In this document: positions 1 through 8,988 of the stretch, piece after piece | Position numbering within the stretch: position 1 is the first letter of the stretch | Layout: every line of letters starts with the position of its first letter | Virus record (IMG/VR): IMGVR_UViG_3300042564_004805 | Span: 1 to 64,000 of that record | Strand: one strand, 5' to 3' | Source: a virus | Taxonomy: Duplodnaviria > Heunggongvirae > Uroviricota > Caudoviricetes | DNA length: 64,000 bases | The notes under the pieces: generated by a model | Databases searched by the model: none | Seen by the model: only the letters and a program-made list of their open reading frames with translations | Told to the model about the DNA's origin: nothing | Program-made: the position numbers and the translations under genes

Positions 1-55
1 GAGCTCGGAGTGCGTCATACTCTTCTTGGGTGAGCAGGTATTGCATGGATTTACC

Positions 56-268
56 TCATGTATTGTTTTGTAGGATAGCACAGAGGTTGGGTTGCGTCAA
101 CAGCCTTTCTGCCATGTGCTTATACCATGGCCATCCATCCACGTGATCATGATACCAGTCCGCATCAGCATCCAGGGGAGGTTCCGGAAAAGGCTCAAAG
201 CCACGGTATTCATCATCAGCTCGAGCCAAGGCCAGTGCTATATGCCGAGTTTTGAGATCCTGGTTCAT
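56..268 (-). CDS. hypothetical small protein (start at internal MNQDLK; ATGA start/stop overlap with upstream gene)
   Basis: ORF 56..352 trimmed to the ATG at 266-268, which overlaps the TGA of 265..648 (translational coupling). Confidence 0.4.
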   Translation of the reverse strand: MNQDLKTRHIALALARADDEYRGFEPFPEPPLDADADWYHDHVDGWPWYKHMAERLLTQPNLCAILQNNT

Positions 269-648
269 TCTTTTCCCTTCTTTGAGAACGTTTGAACAAT
301 CACCAACTTCTCCTCTTCCTTGACGTCTAGTTCGTAGGCCTCGCTCATCCAAGGAATGGATTCGGGTTCACCATGCTTGCCGCCACCATACCAGTAGGTC
401 CAGCCTACCCAGGAACCATCTGCCATCTGGGCAGCCACGCTCTGGCTTTCGTAGTGCCGGGAATATTCGCAGGGAATACCAGTTTCAACTTCGCCTTGGC
501 GAAAGTCACACTCAATGTCCCAGGCATCTTGCTCCTCGTAAAGCTCGTCCACATTGTCTGATGTGATAGCAGCAGGGTCAATGCTGAGTGAACCCTGGTT
601 AACAAGATCGAGAAGGATTCGCTGTTTGATTTTCTGTGCCGGGGTCAT
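265..648 (-). CDS. hypothetical protein
   Basis: 127-aa ORF with protein-like composition; no recognisable motif. Confidence 0.45.
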   Translation of the reverse strand: MTPAQKIKQRILLDLVNQGSLSIDPAAITSDNVDELYEEQDAWDIECDFRQGEVETGIPCEYSRHYESQSVAAQMADGSWVGWTYWYGGGKHGEPESIPWMSEAYELDVKEEEKLVIVQTFSKKGKE

Positions 649-660
649 CGTTTGTTGTCC

Positions 661-849
661 TTATTCACTTTGAGGATACCTTGTGTAATTCTGGGGCGGC
701 TCTACCAAATGTGCCCATGTCAACAGGAACATAGCATGATCTTCCCTGCGTGTCAACCACCAACTGCAACGCCACGCAGTGATGCCACCTGCTCTAAAAA
801 AAAGTTGTAGGTAGTGGCCATCCGCTGTCCCATACTGTCCCGCACTCAC
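661..849 (-). CDS. small W/C-rich protein, family 1 (C-terminal DxxMFLLTW motif)
   Basis: C-terminal ...REDHAMFLLTWAHLV matches the paralogs at 930..1726, 14184..16022 and 19102..20047. Confidence 0.45.
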   Translation of the reverse strand: MSAGQYGTADGHYLQLFFRAGGITAWRCSWWLTRREDHAMFLLTWAHLVEPPQNYTRYPQSE

Positions 850-929
850 CTGGCCACAACTGTTGGCACCATAGATTCACAGCTTCGAGTTCTCCCTTTG
901 TGTGGGCACTCAATGTTATCTTGAACTTG

Positions 930-1184
930 TCATTCACAACTTTCTGCCTCTTGGCTAGAGTCAACCAAATGACCCCAAGTCAGTAAAAACATGATGAGAT
1001 CATCCTTGTGTTGAAAAGCCCAATCGCAAACATATACTCCACGCAAAAGATCTGAATTAGCCCAACCCATACACCAAGTCTGATACAAGCTTGTATCGCC
1101 CCACATGCGGCAGCACCAGTTGTAAACTGGGATAAATTCTTCAAGTGAGTAAGCCATCACTGTCACAACATATGCATCACTCAT
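930..1184 (-). CDS. small W/C-rich protein, family 1
   Basis: C-terminus HKDDLIMFLLTWGHLVDS; tandem paralog. Confidence 0.55.
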   Translation of the reverse strand: MSDAYVVTVMAYSLEEFIPVYNWCCRMWGDTSLYQTWCMGWANSDLLRGVYVCDWAFQHKDDLIMFLLTWGHLVDSSQEAESCE

Positions 1185-1482
1185 GGCTGTCCACCAAATG
1201 ACTCCAGGTCAGCAGGAACATGGTGAGATCTTCTCGAAACTGAAAACTCCAGGTGCATTTGAATTCAAACCTTGCAAATACTTGCATTGTCATATTATCT
1301 TGATACCATGTGGCTCGATGAGTACAAGGCCACATTTGTAGGCACCATTCCTGAACTTGGTCAAGCTCCCGGAGTTTGGGTGCTACCAATGTGGCTGTGT
1401 AGGGCAGTATAGCCATCACTATCGCCTGTTTATCTAGATTCAACCAGGTGCGCCCATGTGAGCAGGAACATGGTGAGATCAT
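1177..1482 (-). CDS. small W/C-rich protein, family 1
   Basis: C-terminus FREDLTMFLLTWSHLVDS; tandem paralog. Confidence 0.55.
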   Translation of the reverse strand: MISPCSCSHGRTWLNLDKQAIVMAILPYTATLVAPKLRELDQVQEWCLQMWPCTHRATWYQDNMTMQVFARFEFKCTWSFQFREDLTMFLLTWSHLVDSHE

Positions 1483-1726
1483 CTTGGTGCCAGAAACTGC
1501 AAGTGATTTGCCACCCCTTGCCTCTAGTTGTTAATCCAGCCCAGTGTATATGCCAGCGCCGCTCCTTACACGGCCATTGTTGCATGCACCAATCACACAC
1601 TTGATCAAAATCATCGCACATAGGCGCTACCAAAGTTACAAGGTAAGAGTCACTCATCAGCCTTGACTTGCCGAACAAGGATCCTTGTGGTCTCAATCCT
1701 ATCCACTGCGGCCCAGGCCACACCAT
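1430..1726 (-). CDS. small W/C-rich protein, family 1 (true start probably internal)
   Basis: C-terminus HQDDLTMFLLTWAHLVES; overlaps its neighbour so the start is uncertain. Confidence 0.5.
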   Translation of the reverse strand: MVWPGPQWIGLRPQGSLFGKSRLMSDSYLVTLVAPMCDDFDQVCDWCMQQWPCKERRWHIHWAGLTTRGKGWQITCSFWHQDDLTMFLLTWAHLVESR

Positions 1727-1840
1727 AGGTGTCCACCAGAGTTTTGATCTCTTGCTCAGCCTCTTCCAGCGTGGAGACTGTGCGCCAAGTGCCGTTGGGA
1801 CTGCTCACTCGAAACTTCACCGTGTCACCTTTGTAGGCCA

Positions 1841-3058
1841 TCATTCGTCTCCCACACTTTGCTGGCTCCACCGCGGCGCACGGAACAGTGAGCGTGCCTC
1901 GTCCACCCGGGTCTGCGTGCCAGTGCATTTGCGGATCACATCGCACACCAGCTCACGCCAGTCCACGTGGCCCTCACGGGCCCAGACCTTGAACACAGCA
2001 CTACGCAGGTTGGGCTCAAGACCCGGTGCTGCCTCCAGTGCAAACCGCTTTCTATCGTCACCAAACTGCCGCCGGAGCTTGACATACTGGTCCTTCCATA
2101 TGTAGGCAGTTTGCCCCACACCCGTCCAGAAGGCGTTCTCGTAGGCGTCGATGCGAGCCAGGTCCTCCACAGGCAGAAAGCTCTTGACGTCGTCCAGCTT
2201 TTCCGCCAGCATGAGGTCGATGAGGTTCTTCTCCTGCGTGAGAGCATCCTTGGCACGGTGGATACGCACATACCAGGCCGATTTCAACTTGGCCATATGT
2301 CCATCATCCCACCGGATGATCCACCCCTCCTCGCCTTCCAGCTCATGCGTCTCCCGAACGAGCTGCTCCATGCTAGCCACAGTACCAGGATAGGCCTTGA
2401 CTAGATCCAGCTCATACTCGGCCGCCAGTTCCTGCATCTGAGAGTAGGTGAGATACTCACCCGAGTTGATGTGACGCACAGCAGTCAGCACCAGTCGATC
2501 AACTGGATAATCACACACAATCTTTTGTTGACGAGTACACCACTCGAAACAGGCAGTGTATCCCTGCTCCAGTGTGTCTCGGATAAATCGGTCATAGTTG
2601 TCTCGAGTTGCCACGAACGGCTCAACCTGTGCTGCTACAGCAGTGGGCCCCATCTTGGTTGCAAGACAGTAGCCCTTACCTAGAGGTAGAGCACGAATCA
2701 TACTTCCATCCAACTTCTCAAGGATGATGTGTGGCTGAGTGAGATCGATGTTTTCAATCAAAGTCTCGCGCCGTTCGCCCACGTTCCAAAACTTCTGAAA
2801 TGCGCGGCTCACCAACTTTCCATCAAGGCTGAACAGCAGCCCCCTACACTCCCGGCGGATAGCCTTGAGTCGAGTCTGCCGCTCGCGCATGCTGGCGCTG
2901 CCTCCAGCAGTATGGACCTCGGGGAACATGTCCGGGCCCATCTGAATGTAGTTGACCACAGTGCCCCAGGGCCGCTGGGCTACAATGAAGCCTTCCACAC
3001 CCTGGACAGCTTCCAGCACTTGATCCAGGTGCGTGATCTCGGGAAACGTGTAGTGCAT
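1841..3058 (-). CDS. rnlA: RNA ligase 1 (T4 RnlA / gene 63-like)
   Basis: ECRGLLFSLDGK, KFWNVGE and the lysine motif I IILEKLDGSM line up with T4 Rnl1 ECRGIMFEMDGE..KFFNLNE..ILTKEDGSL. Confidence 0.85.
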   Translation of the reverse strand: MHYTFPEITHLDQVLEAVQGVEGFIVAQRPWGTVVNYIQMGPDMFPEVHTAGGSASMRERQTRLKAIRRECRGLLFSLDGKLVSRAFQKFWNVGERRETLIENIDLTQPHIILEKLDGSMIRALPLGKGYCLATKMGPTAVAAQVEPFVATRDNYDRFIRDTLEQGYTACFEWCTRQQKIVCDYPVDRLVLTAVRHINSGEYLTYSQMQELAAEYELDLVKAYPGTVASMEQLVRETHELEGEEGWIIRWDDGHMAKLKSAWYVRIHRAKDALTQEKNLIDLMLAEKLDDVKSFLPVEDLARIDAYENAFWTGVGQTAYIWKDQYVKLRRQFGDDRKRFALEAAPGLEPNLRSAVFKVWAREGHVDWRELVCDVIRKCTGTQTRVDEARSLFRAPRWSQQSVGDE

Positions 3059-3126
3059 GTTCAGCGCCTTTCCAGCTACTGTGGGCAGTATAGCACGATT
3101 TTCAGGGCTGTCAACCCGTTTTTTGG

Positions 3127-4029
3127 CTAGATGTGGCAGTCAACAATGGTGATCAGTGTGTCCTCGGGCAGTCCGTTGATCATCTCATTCATCCGAGCAT
3201 ACCACTCACTCTTGGGCATGTCGTCTGTGCTCATGCCCCACCAGCCCATGCTGCCGCGCTCCATCCACGCACCGTCCTTGACAAATGCAAAGGTCATGCC
3301 AGCACTGTCTCGAGCAGTTTGCACATACTCTTCACGGCCGACCAGCACCGAGTCCTCACACCAAAACAAGTCTTTGGCTTGGTGCAGGGCCTGCCTGCCC
3401 GTTTGGTTATGATAGAAATTTCGAGCACCGTCAGTGTCCCTGGGGAAGCGTGAAATCACACTGTCCCAGCTTTCCCAAACATTTGGAGCAAGTGCCCGCA
3501 CCCGATCCCAATAGACTCCGGCCTTCTCGCCTGCCTCGTCACGCATGCCTGCCCAGTCGATGTCTCCCATCCTCGCCTGGTCAGCATACCCTTGTTTTGC
3601 TCCTTGGGTTCCCAGTCCAGGGCGGCCTTGCACACCCTTTGCACCAGGCTTGAGCTTGAGCGTGCCAGTCCATCGCCCACCAACCTCGTACCAGTCCCAC
3701 TGCTTGTTGGGGTTGGTGCGCTTCACAGCCCGGACGAGCTCACCGTCCCGGACCACCACAAATCCAAACTTGTGCTCACCCTCTCGATCAACTTCGCTCT
3801 CATCTTCAACTACCTGGTCTTCAAAACCGTAATATTCCAGCGCATAGTCAAGGGCAGATTGGTCTTCCTCTGCATGTTCCTCCGCATCTTTCATATCGGC
3901 AAGGAACTTGTCAGTGACGTCCACATCCACCACATACTGGTCTGCCACACCAGTGCATTCAAACTCGTGGTAGGGAGCAAGCTGGGCTTCATGGTCAGGC
4001 CCAATAACCATAACGGTGAAGTGACTCAT
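3127..4029 (-). CDS. conserved hypothetical protein (WDWYEVGGRW motif)
   Basis: 300-aa ORF; AGAGGA Shine-Dalgarno site and a sigma70 promoter upstream; function not recognised. Confidence 0.55.
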   Translation of the reverse strand: MSHFTVMVIGPDHEAQLAPYHEFECTGVADQYVVDVDVTDKFLADMKDAEEHAEEDQSALDYALEYYGFEDQVVEDESEVDREGEHKFGFVVVRDGELVRAVKRTNPNKQWDWYEVGGRWTGTLKLKPGAKGVQGRPGLGTQGAKQGYADQARMGDIDWAGMRDEAGEKAGVYWDRVRALAPNVWESWDSVISRFPRDTDGARNFYHNQTGRQALHQAKDLFWCEDSVLVGREEYVQTARDSAGMTFAFVKDGAWMERGSMGWWGMSTDDMPKSEWYARMNEMINGLPEDTLITIVDCHI

Positions 4030-4056
4030 TGCTGTATCCTCTGTTGCGTTGCGTGA

Positions 4057-4084
4057 GTTATAGCAGGTTTTGCAAGGTTGTCAA
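4057..4084 (-). promoter_or_regulatory. sigma70-like early promoter (TTGACA-16-TATAAC) for 3127..4029
   Basis: minus-strand -35 TTGACA at 4079-4084 and -10 TATAAC at 4057-4062, just upstream of the ATG at 4029. Confidence 0.5.
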
Positions 4085-4128
4085 CTGGTTTGTTTTCGGA
4101 TGATTGATGTGCTGGCTGCAGGCACACT

Positions 4129-4422
4129 TTACCTACAAAAACGTTCCACAACGGCACGACCATAAACATCATATCCCACTAGCCTATCAGTGCAAATGGG
4201 CTCTGGTGCAGGAGCATAGATGTTTGGTGCAATGATAGCGCCCAACACTGCACCGCCAACAATGCCCCCTACAAGAGGGGCTACCCAGTTTCCGCCACCG
4301 TGGTTATGGTGATGGTGGCGGTAGTGAGGCGCAGGAGTATAGCCATAGGGGCGGTAGTGGTATCCTTGCGCCCAACAGGGACTGGAGGACAGCAACATGA
4401 ATGCAACAAGGAACCTTTTCAT
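4129..4422 (-). CDS. secreted or membrane glycine-zipper protein
   Basis: N-terminal signal-peptide-like MKRFLVAFMLLSSSPCWA, a His-rich stretch, and a GGIVGGAVLGAII glycine zipper. Confidence 0.5.
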   Translation of the reverse strand: MKRFLVAFMLLSSSPCWAQGYHYRPYGYTPAPHYRHHHHNHGGGNWVAPLVGGIVGGAVLGAIIAPNIYAPAPEPICTDRLVGYDVYGRAVVERFCR

Positions 4423-4430
4423 AACCTTAT

Positions 4431-5213
4431 TTAAGCGGCTGCTTGCAGTGTGTCAACACTCTGCTTGTTACGCATACGCTCGTAGATGCGCCAGGGCCGA
4501 CTGTCCACTTCAAAAGGGTTGCTGACCTTTTGTGAGAGGGCTTGCAGTGCCAGTTGACGGTCAACTTCGCGACGCATCCTCTTGGCTCGTTGGAAACCAG
4601 CCAGCTGCAATCCTGGCAGCATGTCTGAGTATTGGGCTTCCAGTGACTTGCACTGTTCGCGTCGCGTTTGAGTAGCAGTGGCTTGCACCTCGTGGTTGCG
4701 CACCAAATGAGTCAACTGCTTGATGCGCTTGTTCTGCTCAGCAGCCTCTCGGCGCATCTTACGTTCAAAAGCCAGTGAGCGAAAGCTGCCAGTCTCAGGC
4801 GCGGGCCGACTCATTTCCATAGCCTGCAGGAAATCTTCCCAGGGCGTGTTGCCTCGACGGTTGTTGCATCGGCCACACGCCACAGCCAAGTTGGTGATGT
4901 GGTCAGTGCCACCACAACTGCGAGGAGTGATGTGCTCAATGGTGGCACTGTTCTTGAAGCCTTGTTCGCCACGCATCTCGCAGTGACACCAGCAGCAGCG
5001 CCAACGCTGCACCTCAGCTAGCCGTGTGCGATCATACGCCTTGCGAGCCAGTGCTCGAGCCCGGCGAGCTTGATCCTGATTGGGATATACCTCCAGCCAA
5101 TAGGGCAAGGTTCTCATCTGGGGATCATTTACGATGCTGGGCACATCAATTCGCATATCCGTCTCCTTTGCAACACCCACAACATACAGAGTCTGCACAT
5201 CCGTGTCAACCAC
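4431..5213 (-). CDS. HNH endonuclease
   Basis: CCWCHC...EHITPRSCGGTDHITNLAVACGRCNNRRGN is an HNH motif with Cys/His zinc ligands. Confidence 0.8.
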   Translation of the reverse strand: MVDTDVQTLYVVGVAKETDMRIDVPSIVNDPQMRTLPYWLEVYPNQDQARRARALARKAYDRTRLAEVQRWRCCWCHCEMRGEQGFKNSATIEHITPRSCGGTDHITNLAVACGRCNNRRGNTPWEDFLQAMEMSRPAPETGSFRSLAFERKMRREAAEQNKRIKQLTHLVRNHEVQATATQTRREQCKSLEAQYSDMLPGLQLAGFQRAKRMRREVDRQLALQALSQKVSNPFEVDSRPWRIYERMRNKQSVDTLQAAA

Positions 5214-5514
5214 TATGTCCTGTGTTGTTTTGCCAAACCAGCTGAAAATGCGTCACCAGTTCCCTAGTGGGGAAAGCGATATACTGGTATCCAAAAAGCT
5301 GTGTATATGCCCAAACGCACTCACCTTGTGGTGGATCACCAATTCCAGTGTCACCAGGTCCTTGTTGGCGTAGCCAATCCAAGATTTCGTATTGTTGGCG
5401 GTAGTATTCCTCGCCAAGTGTAACAGAGCAGCAGAAAAGATCTTTGGGAAACAAAAGCAGCGCATTGTGGAAGACTCTGTCTTCTGTCACTTGGCTATCA
5501 CAGTGAAATTCCAT
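5206..5514 (-). CDS. hypothetical protein
   Basis: ORF only. Confidence 0.3.
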   Translation of the reverse strand: MEFHCDSQVTEDRVFHNALLLFPKDLFCCSVTLGEEYYRQQYEILDWLRQQGPGDTGIGDPPQGECVWAYTQLFGYQYIAFPTRELVTHFQLVWQNNTGHSG

Positions 5515-5828
5515 CCATGGTATTGGATTTCCATGTGTTCACTTTCCAACCAAACTAGGAACTCTTGCCATAACTTGTGGTCTCGATGGCACACAAAACG
5601 TGGAGGGTGTTCAGGATTTTGAGGGTCAGTCCAGTTATTTCCAGGAGTAAACATGAGCATGGGCCGATTTTCCAAAACACAACTGATGATCTGGCTTTTA
5701 AAGCGTTCCAGATCATAGTGCTGGTCATGCACACGTTCTCGCTCACGTTGCACTGCCAACAACGTGGTTCTCAACAGCTCTTGATCCAACAGCATTTGGC
5801 GTTGGTGTAGGTGTTGTCCCAATTTCAC
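5487..5828 (-). CDS. hypothetical protein
   Basis: ORF only. Confidence 0.35.
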   Translation of the reverse strand: MKLGQHLHQRQMLLDQELLRTTLLAVQRERERVHDQHYDLERFKSQIISCVLENRPMLMFTPGNNWTDPQNPEHPPRFVCHRDHKLWQEFLVWLESEHMEIQYHGWNFTVIAK

Positions 5829-6010
5829 CGACGCGCCCTGCGATACTCGCGTTCAGCCCATGTACTCAGCTTGTCAGCTTCATCAGCATAGCGTGCCCGG
5901 CTGATCTCCCCTCGCATATAACGCTCGTCCAGGCGATCTGTTGCACGTTCCACGGTACGCTCAATCTGATCTTCGGTCATGTGTGGATAGCTCACTTGGT
6001 TTATCAACAT
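5825..6010 (-). CDS. hypothetical small protein
   Basis: ORF directly downstream of a sigma70-like promoter. Confidence 0.4.
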   Translation of the reverse strand: MLINQVSYPHMTEDQIERTVERATDRLDERYMRGEISRARYADEADKLSTWAEREYRRARR

Positions 6011-6014
6011 CTGT

Positions 6015-6042
6015 AATTTAGCGGGTTTGACACTTTTGTCAA
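6015..6042 (-). promoter_or_regulatory. sigma70-like promoter (TTGACA-16-TAAATT) facing an inverted plus-strand TTGACA
   Basis: plus-strand tgtcaa at 6037-6042 and aattta at 6015-6020; a plus-strand ttgaca at 6027-6032 forms an inverted pair with it. Confidence 0.45.
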
Positions 6043-6044
6043 GG

Positions 6045-6072
6045 AGAAAGGTGAGCTTTCACCCACCTTTCT
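6045..6072. terminator. hairpin (9-bp stem AGAAAGGTG / CACCTTTCT, 10-nt loop) downstream of the SPFH gene
   Basis: perfect inverted repeat just past the stop of 6079..6999; T-rich only on the plus side. Confidence 0.35.
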
Positions 6073-6078
6073 GTTTGA

Positions 6079-6999
6079 TTACTTCACATGCACAAAGGGC
6101 AGTGCTGCACCTGGGACCATAGTGGTAGGGAGCTTACCGTCCCATCGCTCTGCAGCCGTAAGTGTGACTAGCTCTGCGTTCGCGCGAAGTGCATCGCCTC
6201 GGGCCCGGATGGCCTTGGCTTCAGCTTCGCCGCGCAGTTGGATAGCTTCAGCTTCAGCTCCAGCTCGTGCCTTGACTGCATCAGCTTCGGCCTGCGCTTT
6301 GGTTACAACAATTTCAGCCTGCACCTTCTCTCGGATCGCATCCTGTCGATCTCTTTCAACAGCCACCTCCGCGAGCATTCGCTGTTCGATGGATTTTTCG
6401 TAAGCGTCACTGAAATCAATGTTTTCAATAGCCAGATTCTCGATCACAAACGGCCCTTTGATGTTGGCCACAATGGCCGCCTTGACATCTGTGCCCAGTC
6501 GGGTGCGATCCTGAATCGCTGTGACTGCGTTGTAGCGACCCATTACGTTCTTGAGCTCGTCACGCACACCCGGCAGGATCACACGGTCTTGAACTCCTCG
6601 GAGCCCGCCAAACTCCTTGTAGACATCGTCCACATTGTCTTCGCTCACACGCCAGCTCACCGAGAAGGTGATAGTTGCAGGTTGCTGGTCTCGGCTGTAG
6701 ACCGCTTCCTTGTCCAGTCGCAGCAGGACGGTCTCGGTGCTCATGAGCACCACATTGTCGATGAAGGGGATTTTGAATCCCAGCCCTGGCTGCACCACGC
6801 TCACCAGCTTGCCGTTGCGGAGCAGCACACCGCGCTGACGCTCATCAACTGTGTACCAGCTGCCGAGGATCACTGTGAGTGCCAGCAGAGCAGCCATTGC
6901 GCCACCTACCATGGTAGCGATGAATCGAGCGTTCACTCGGGGAGTCTCCTGTAGAGGGTTGATTCGAGGATTGGAGTCACGCGGAGGTTGATTCCACAT
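6079..6999 (-). CDS. SPFH/band-7 (prohibitin/HflK-like) membrane protein
   Basis: N-terminal TM helix, SPFH core (VVQPGLGFKIPFIDNV...), and a C-terminal Ala/Glu-rich coiled coil. Confidence 0.85.
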   Translation of the reverse strand: MWNQPPRDSNPRINPLQETPRVNARFIATMVGGAMAALLALTVILGSWYTVDERQRGVLLRNGKLVSVVQPGLGFKIPFIDNVVLMSTETVLLRLDKEAVYSRDQQPATITFSVSWRVSEDNVDDVYKEFGGLRGVQDRVILPGVRDELKNVMGRYNAVTAIQDRTRLGTDVKAAIVANIKGPFVIENLAIENIDFSDAYEKSIEQRMLAEVAVERDRQDAIREKVQAEIVVTKAQAEADAVKARAGAEAEAIQLRGEAEAKAIRARGDALRANAELVTLTAAERWDGKLPTTMVPGAALPFVHVK

Positions 7000-7002
7000 A
7001 TC

Positions 7003-7132
7003 AGTTGGGGTCCTTGCGGTCGGGAGGGGTTCGGTTGCGATCGTAGAAACTTTCGATCAGTTTGCTGGCACCATAGGCACATACGCCAATGAGCACCAGA
7101 GCACCGATGAGTTCAATCAGCAATAGCACAGG
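7003..7132 (-). CDS. possible small TM protein (GTG start) upstream of the SPFH gene, NfeD-like partner?
   Basis: unlisted ~43-codon frame LLLIELIGALVLIGVCAYGASKLIESFYDRNRTPPDRKDPN with an AAAGGA Shine-Dalgarno site; coordinates approximate. Confidence 0.25.
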
Positions 7133-7147
7133 CAGTGTCCTTTGTTG

Positions 7148-7630
7148 TTAGGGATAGAGTTTGAGATGGCCTAGAATGTCTGAAACTTCGGGCTTGTTGC
7201 GATCCACAAGGCACCAAATGCAAGTGGTCTCTTGGCGAGTCATCAGCACACGCCCATCATCCATGGTTTTGATGACAGCTGCCTTGCCATTAGCTGCAAC
7301 AAGATCAGCTACCTCTTGATTTTCCACAAAAAATGGGTAGCTGGGGTCGACGACTGACCCCTTGACAGTGAGGTGGTATTCCCAACCATAAGTGCATCTC
7401 AGACCATGAAGCTGGTCCATTGTGGCACCCAGCACAATTGTGGTGTTGAAGTAGTAGGCACCTTGTGAGACACCGTCGGCAACATACTGTTGAACTAGTG
7501 GATGATCTGCAAATAGGCTCATCATCTGGGTTCCAGCATGATGTACTTGTGCAGCCAGCTTTCCTGGGTTCATACTGGGCAGATCAGTTCGGGCCAGCAC
7601 GTAGACAGCTAGATCAGGCGTGGCTTCCAT
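7148..7630 (-). CDS. peptidyl-tRNA hydrolase, PTH2 family
   Basis: DLPSMNPGKLAAQVHHAG and C-terminal GHLKLYP match the PTH2 signature (DLKMGKGKIAAQCSHA...GHLKLY); start trimmed to MEATPD, which has an AAGGAG site and a promoter upstream. Confidence 0.8.
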   Translation of the reverse strand: MEATPDLAVYVLARTDLPSMNPGKLAAQVHHAGTQMMSLFADHPLVQQYVADGVSQGAYYFNTTIVLGATMDQLHGLRCTYGWEYHLTVKGSVVDPSYPFFVENQEVADLVAANGKAAVIKTMDDGRVLMTRQETTCIWCLVDRNKPEVSDILGHLKLYP

Positions 7631-7654
7631 TTGTTGTTCTCCTTGTGTAGCTTC

Positions 7655-7682
7655 AATATACAGCACAGACAGACTGTGTCAA
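7655..7682 (-). promoter_or_regulatory. sigma70-like promoter (TTGACA-16-TATATT) for the PTH2 gene
   Basis: plus-strand tgtcaa at 7677-7682 and aatata at 7655-7660; AAGGAG Shine-Dalgarno before the ATG at 7630. Confidence 0.55.
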
Positions 7683-7972
7683 CCTTTTTATCTCCGTCCA
7701 TAGAGAGGGTGTTGGTACATTGTATCACACGCAACAGACTCACAGATGCCGTCAACTCCATGTGAGCAAACATTGCAGATAAGTTTCTTGGTTGGGAAAC
7801 TCCATGCAGGACTTCCAGCGTCATGCGCCCAGGTTCTTGGCGACCGTGGTCGCGGCAGGCTGGCTCATGGCGTGGCGGTCCTCGCTGCGGCGGCTGGGCG
7901 GATGAGGACATAAGTAGGTGAAAAATGCACTTCTGAGAACACGCACAGGCCGATGCGCCGGGATGCGGTAAC

Positions 7973-8965
7973 TCATCCGCCGTAGCCGCGCGGATGGGCT
8001 TCGCGCCAGGCCAGGGCGGTGGCGACGATGTCATCCAGTGCTGCGAGGCGCGGCTGCCAGCCGGTTTCGCGCATGATCCGCGCCGGGCTGGCAACAAGGC
8101 GGGCGGGGTCGCCAGGGCGGCGTGGGGCGAAGCGGTGCGGCACCGGGCGGCGGCTGACGCGCTCCACGCTCTGGATCACCTCCAGCACCGAATGCCCGGC
8201 GGCGGTGCCGAGGTTGTAGGTGACGCTGGCGTGGTCCAGCCGCTCCAGCGCCGCGAGGTGGGCGGCGGCGAGGTCGGTGACATGGATGTAGTCGCGGATG
8301 CAGGTGCCGTCCGGCGTGTCGTAATCGGTGCCAAACACGGCGAGTTCGGCGCGACGGCCGAGCATGGCGTCGATGGCCAACGGGATCAGATGGGTTTCCG
8401 GCGTGTGGTCCTCGCCCAGGCGGCCCTGCGGGTCGGCGCCGGCGGCGTTGAAGTAGCGCAGGCAGGCGGAGCGCATGCCGTGGATGCGTTCGGCCCAGCC
8501 CAGCGCGCGCTCCATCATCCATTTGCTTTCGCCGTAGGGTGAGCCGGGGTCGATCGCGGTTTCCTCGTCGATCGGCATGCGGTCTGGCGTGCCGAACAGG
8601 GCGGCGGTGGAGGAGAACACGAAGCGGGGCACGCCGTGCTTCACGCAGGCCTCCAACAGGCGCAGGCCGTTGCCGACATTGGCCGAGAGATAGCCGATCG
8701 GGTCGCGCATGGAATCGCCCACCAGCGACAGCGCGGCGAAGTGGAACACCGCATGCCACGGCCCCTGCGCCAGCACGGACGCGATCGCATCGGGGTCCTC
8801 CAGCGCGCCGGTGACCAGCGTGGCGCCGGGGAGCACGGCTTCGCGATGGCCGGTGCGCAGGTTGTCGAACACCACCACCTCCGCGCCTTGGTCCAGCAGG
8901 GCGGCGACGAGATGGCTGCCGACGAAGCCGGCACCTCCGGTAACGAGAAAGCGGCGTGACATGGC
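7973..8965 (-). CDS. galE: UDP-glucose 4-epimerase (GalE) inside a ~70% GC island
   Basis: VTGGAGFVGSH Rossmann motif, catalytic YGESK, full-length SDR epimerase; the MSRRF ATG is at 8963-8965; GC far above the flanks. Confidence 0.9.
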   Translation of the reverse strand, partial: AMSRRFLVTGGAGFVGSHLVAALLDQGAEVVVFDNLRTGHREAVLPGATLVTGALEDPDAIASVLAQGPWHAVFHFAALSLVGDSMRDPIGYLSANVGNGLRLLEACVKHGVPRFVFSSTAALFGTPDRMPIDEETAIDPGSPYGESKWMMERALGWAERIHGMRSACLRYFNAAGADPQGRLGEDHTPETHLIPLAIDAMLGRRAELAVFGTDYDTPDGTCIRDYIHVTDLAAAHLAALERLDHASVTYNLGTAAGHSVLEVIQSVERVSRRPVPHRFAPRRPGDPARLVASPARIMRETGWQPRLAALDDIVATALAWREAHPRGYGG

Positions 8966-8988
8966 GGCATCCTGAAATGGCCAGCCGG

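Noticed and set aside
1668-2404. Plus-strand ORFs 1668..2105, 1967..2404 and 1936..2271 overlapping the rnlA gene
   Set aside because: They are antisense or alternate frames of a well-supported RNA ligase gene and have low-complexity Ser/Arg-rich translations.
7750-7780. ccatgtgagca string resembling the family-1 C-terminal nucleotide motif
   Set aside because: Translation in that frame gives MFAHMELT, not the W.F..DD..LF.LTW motif. Chance match.
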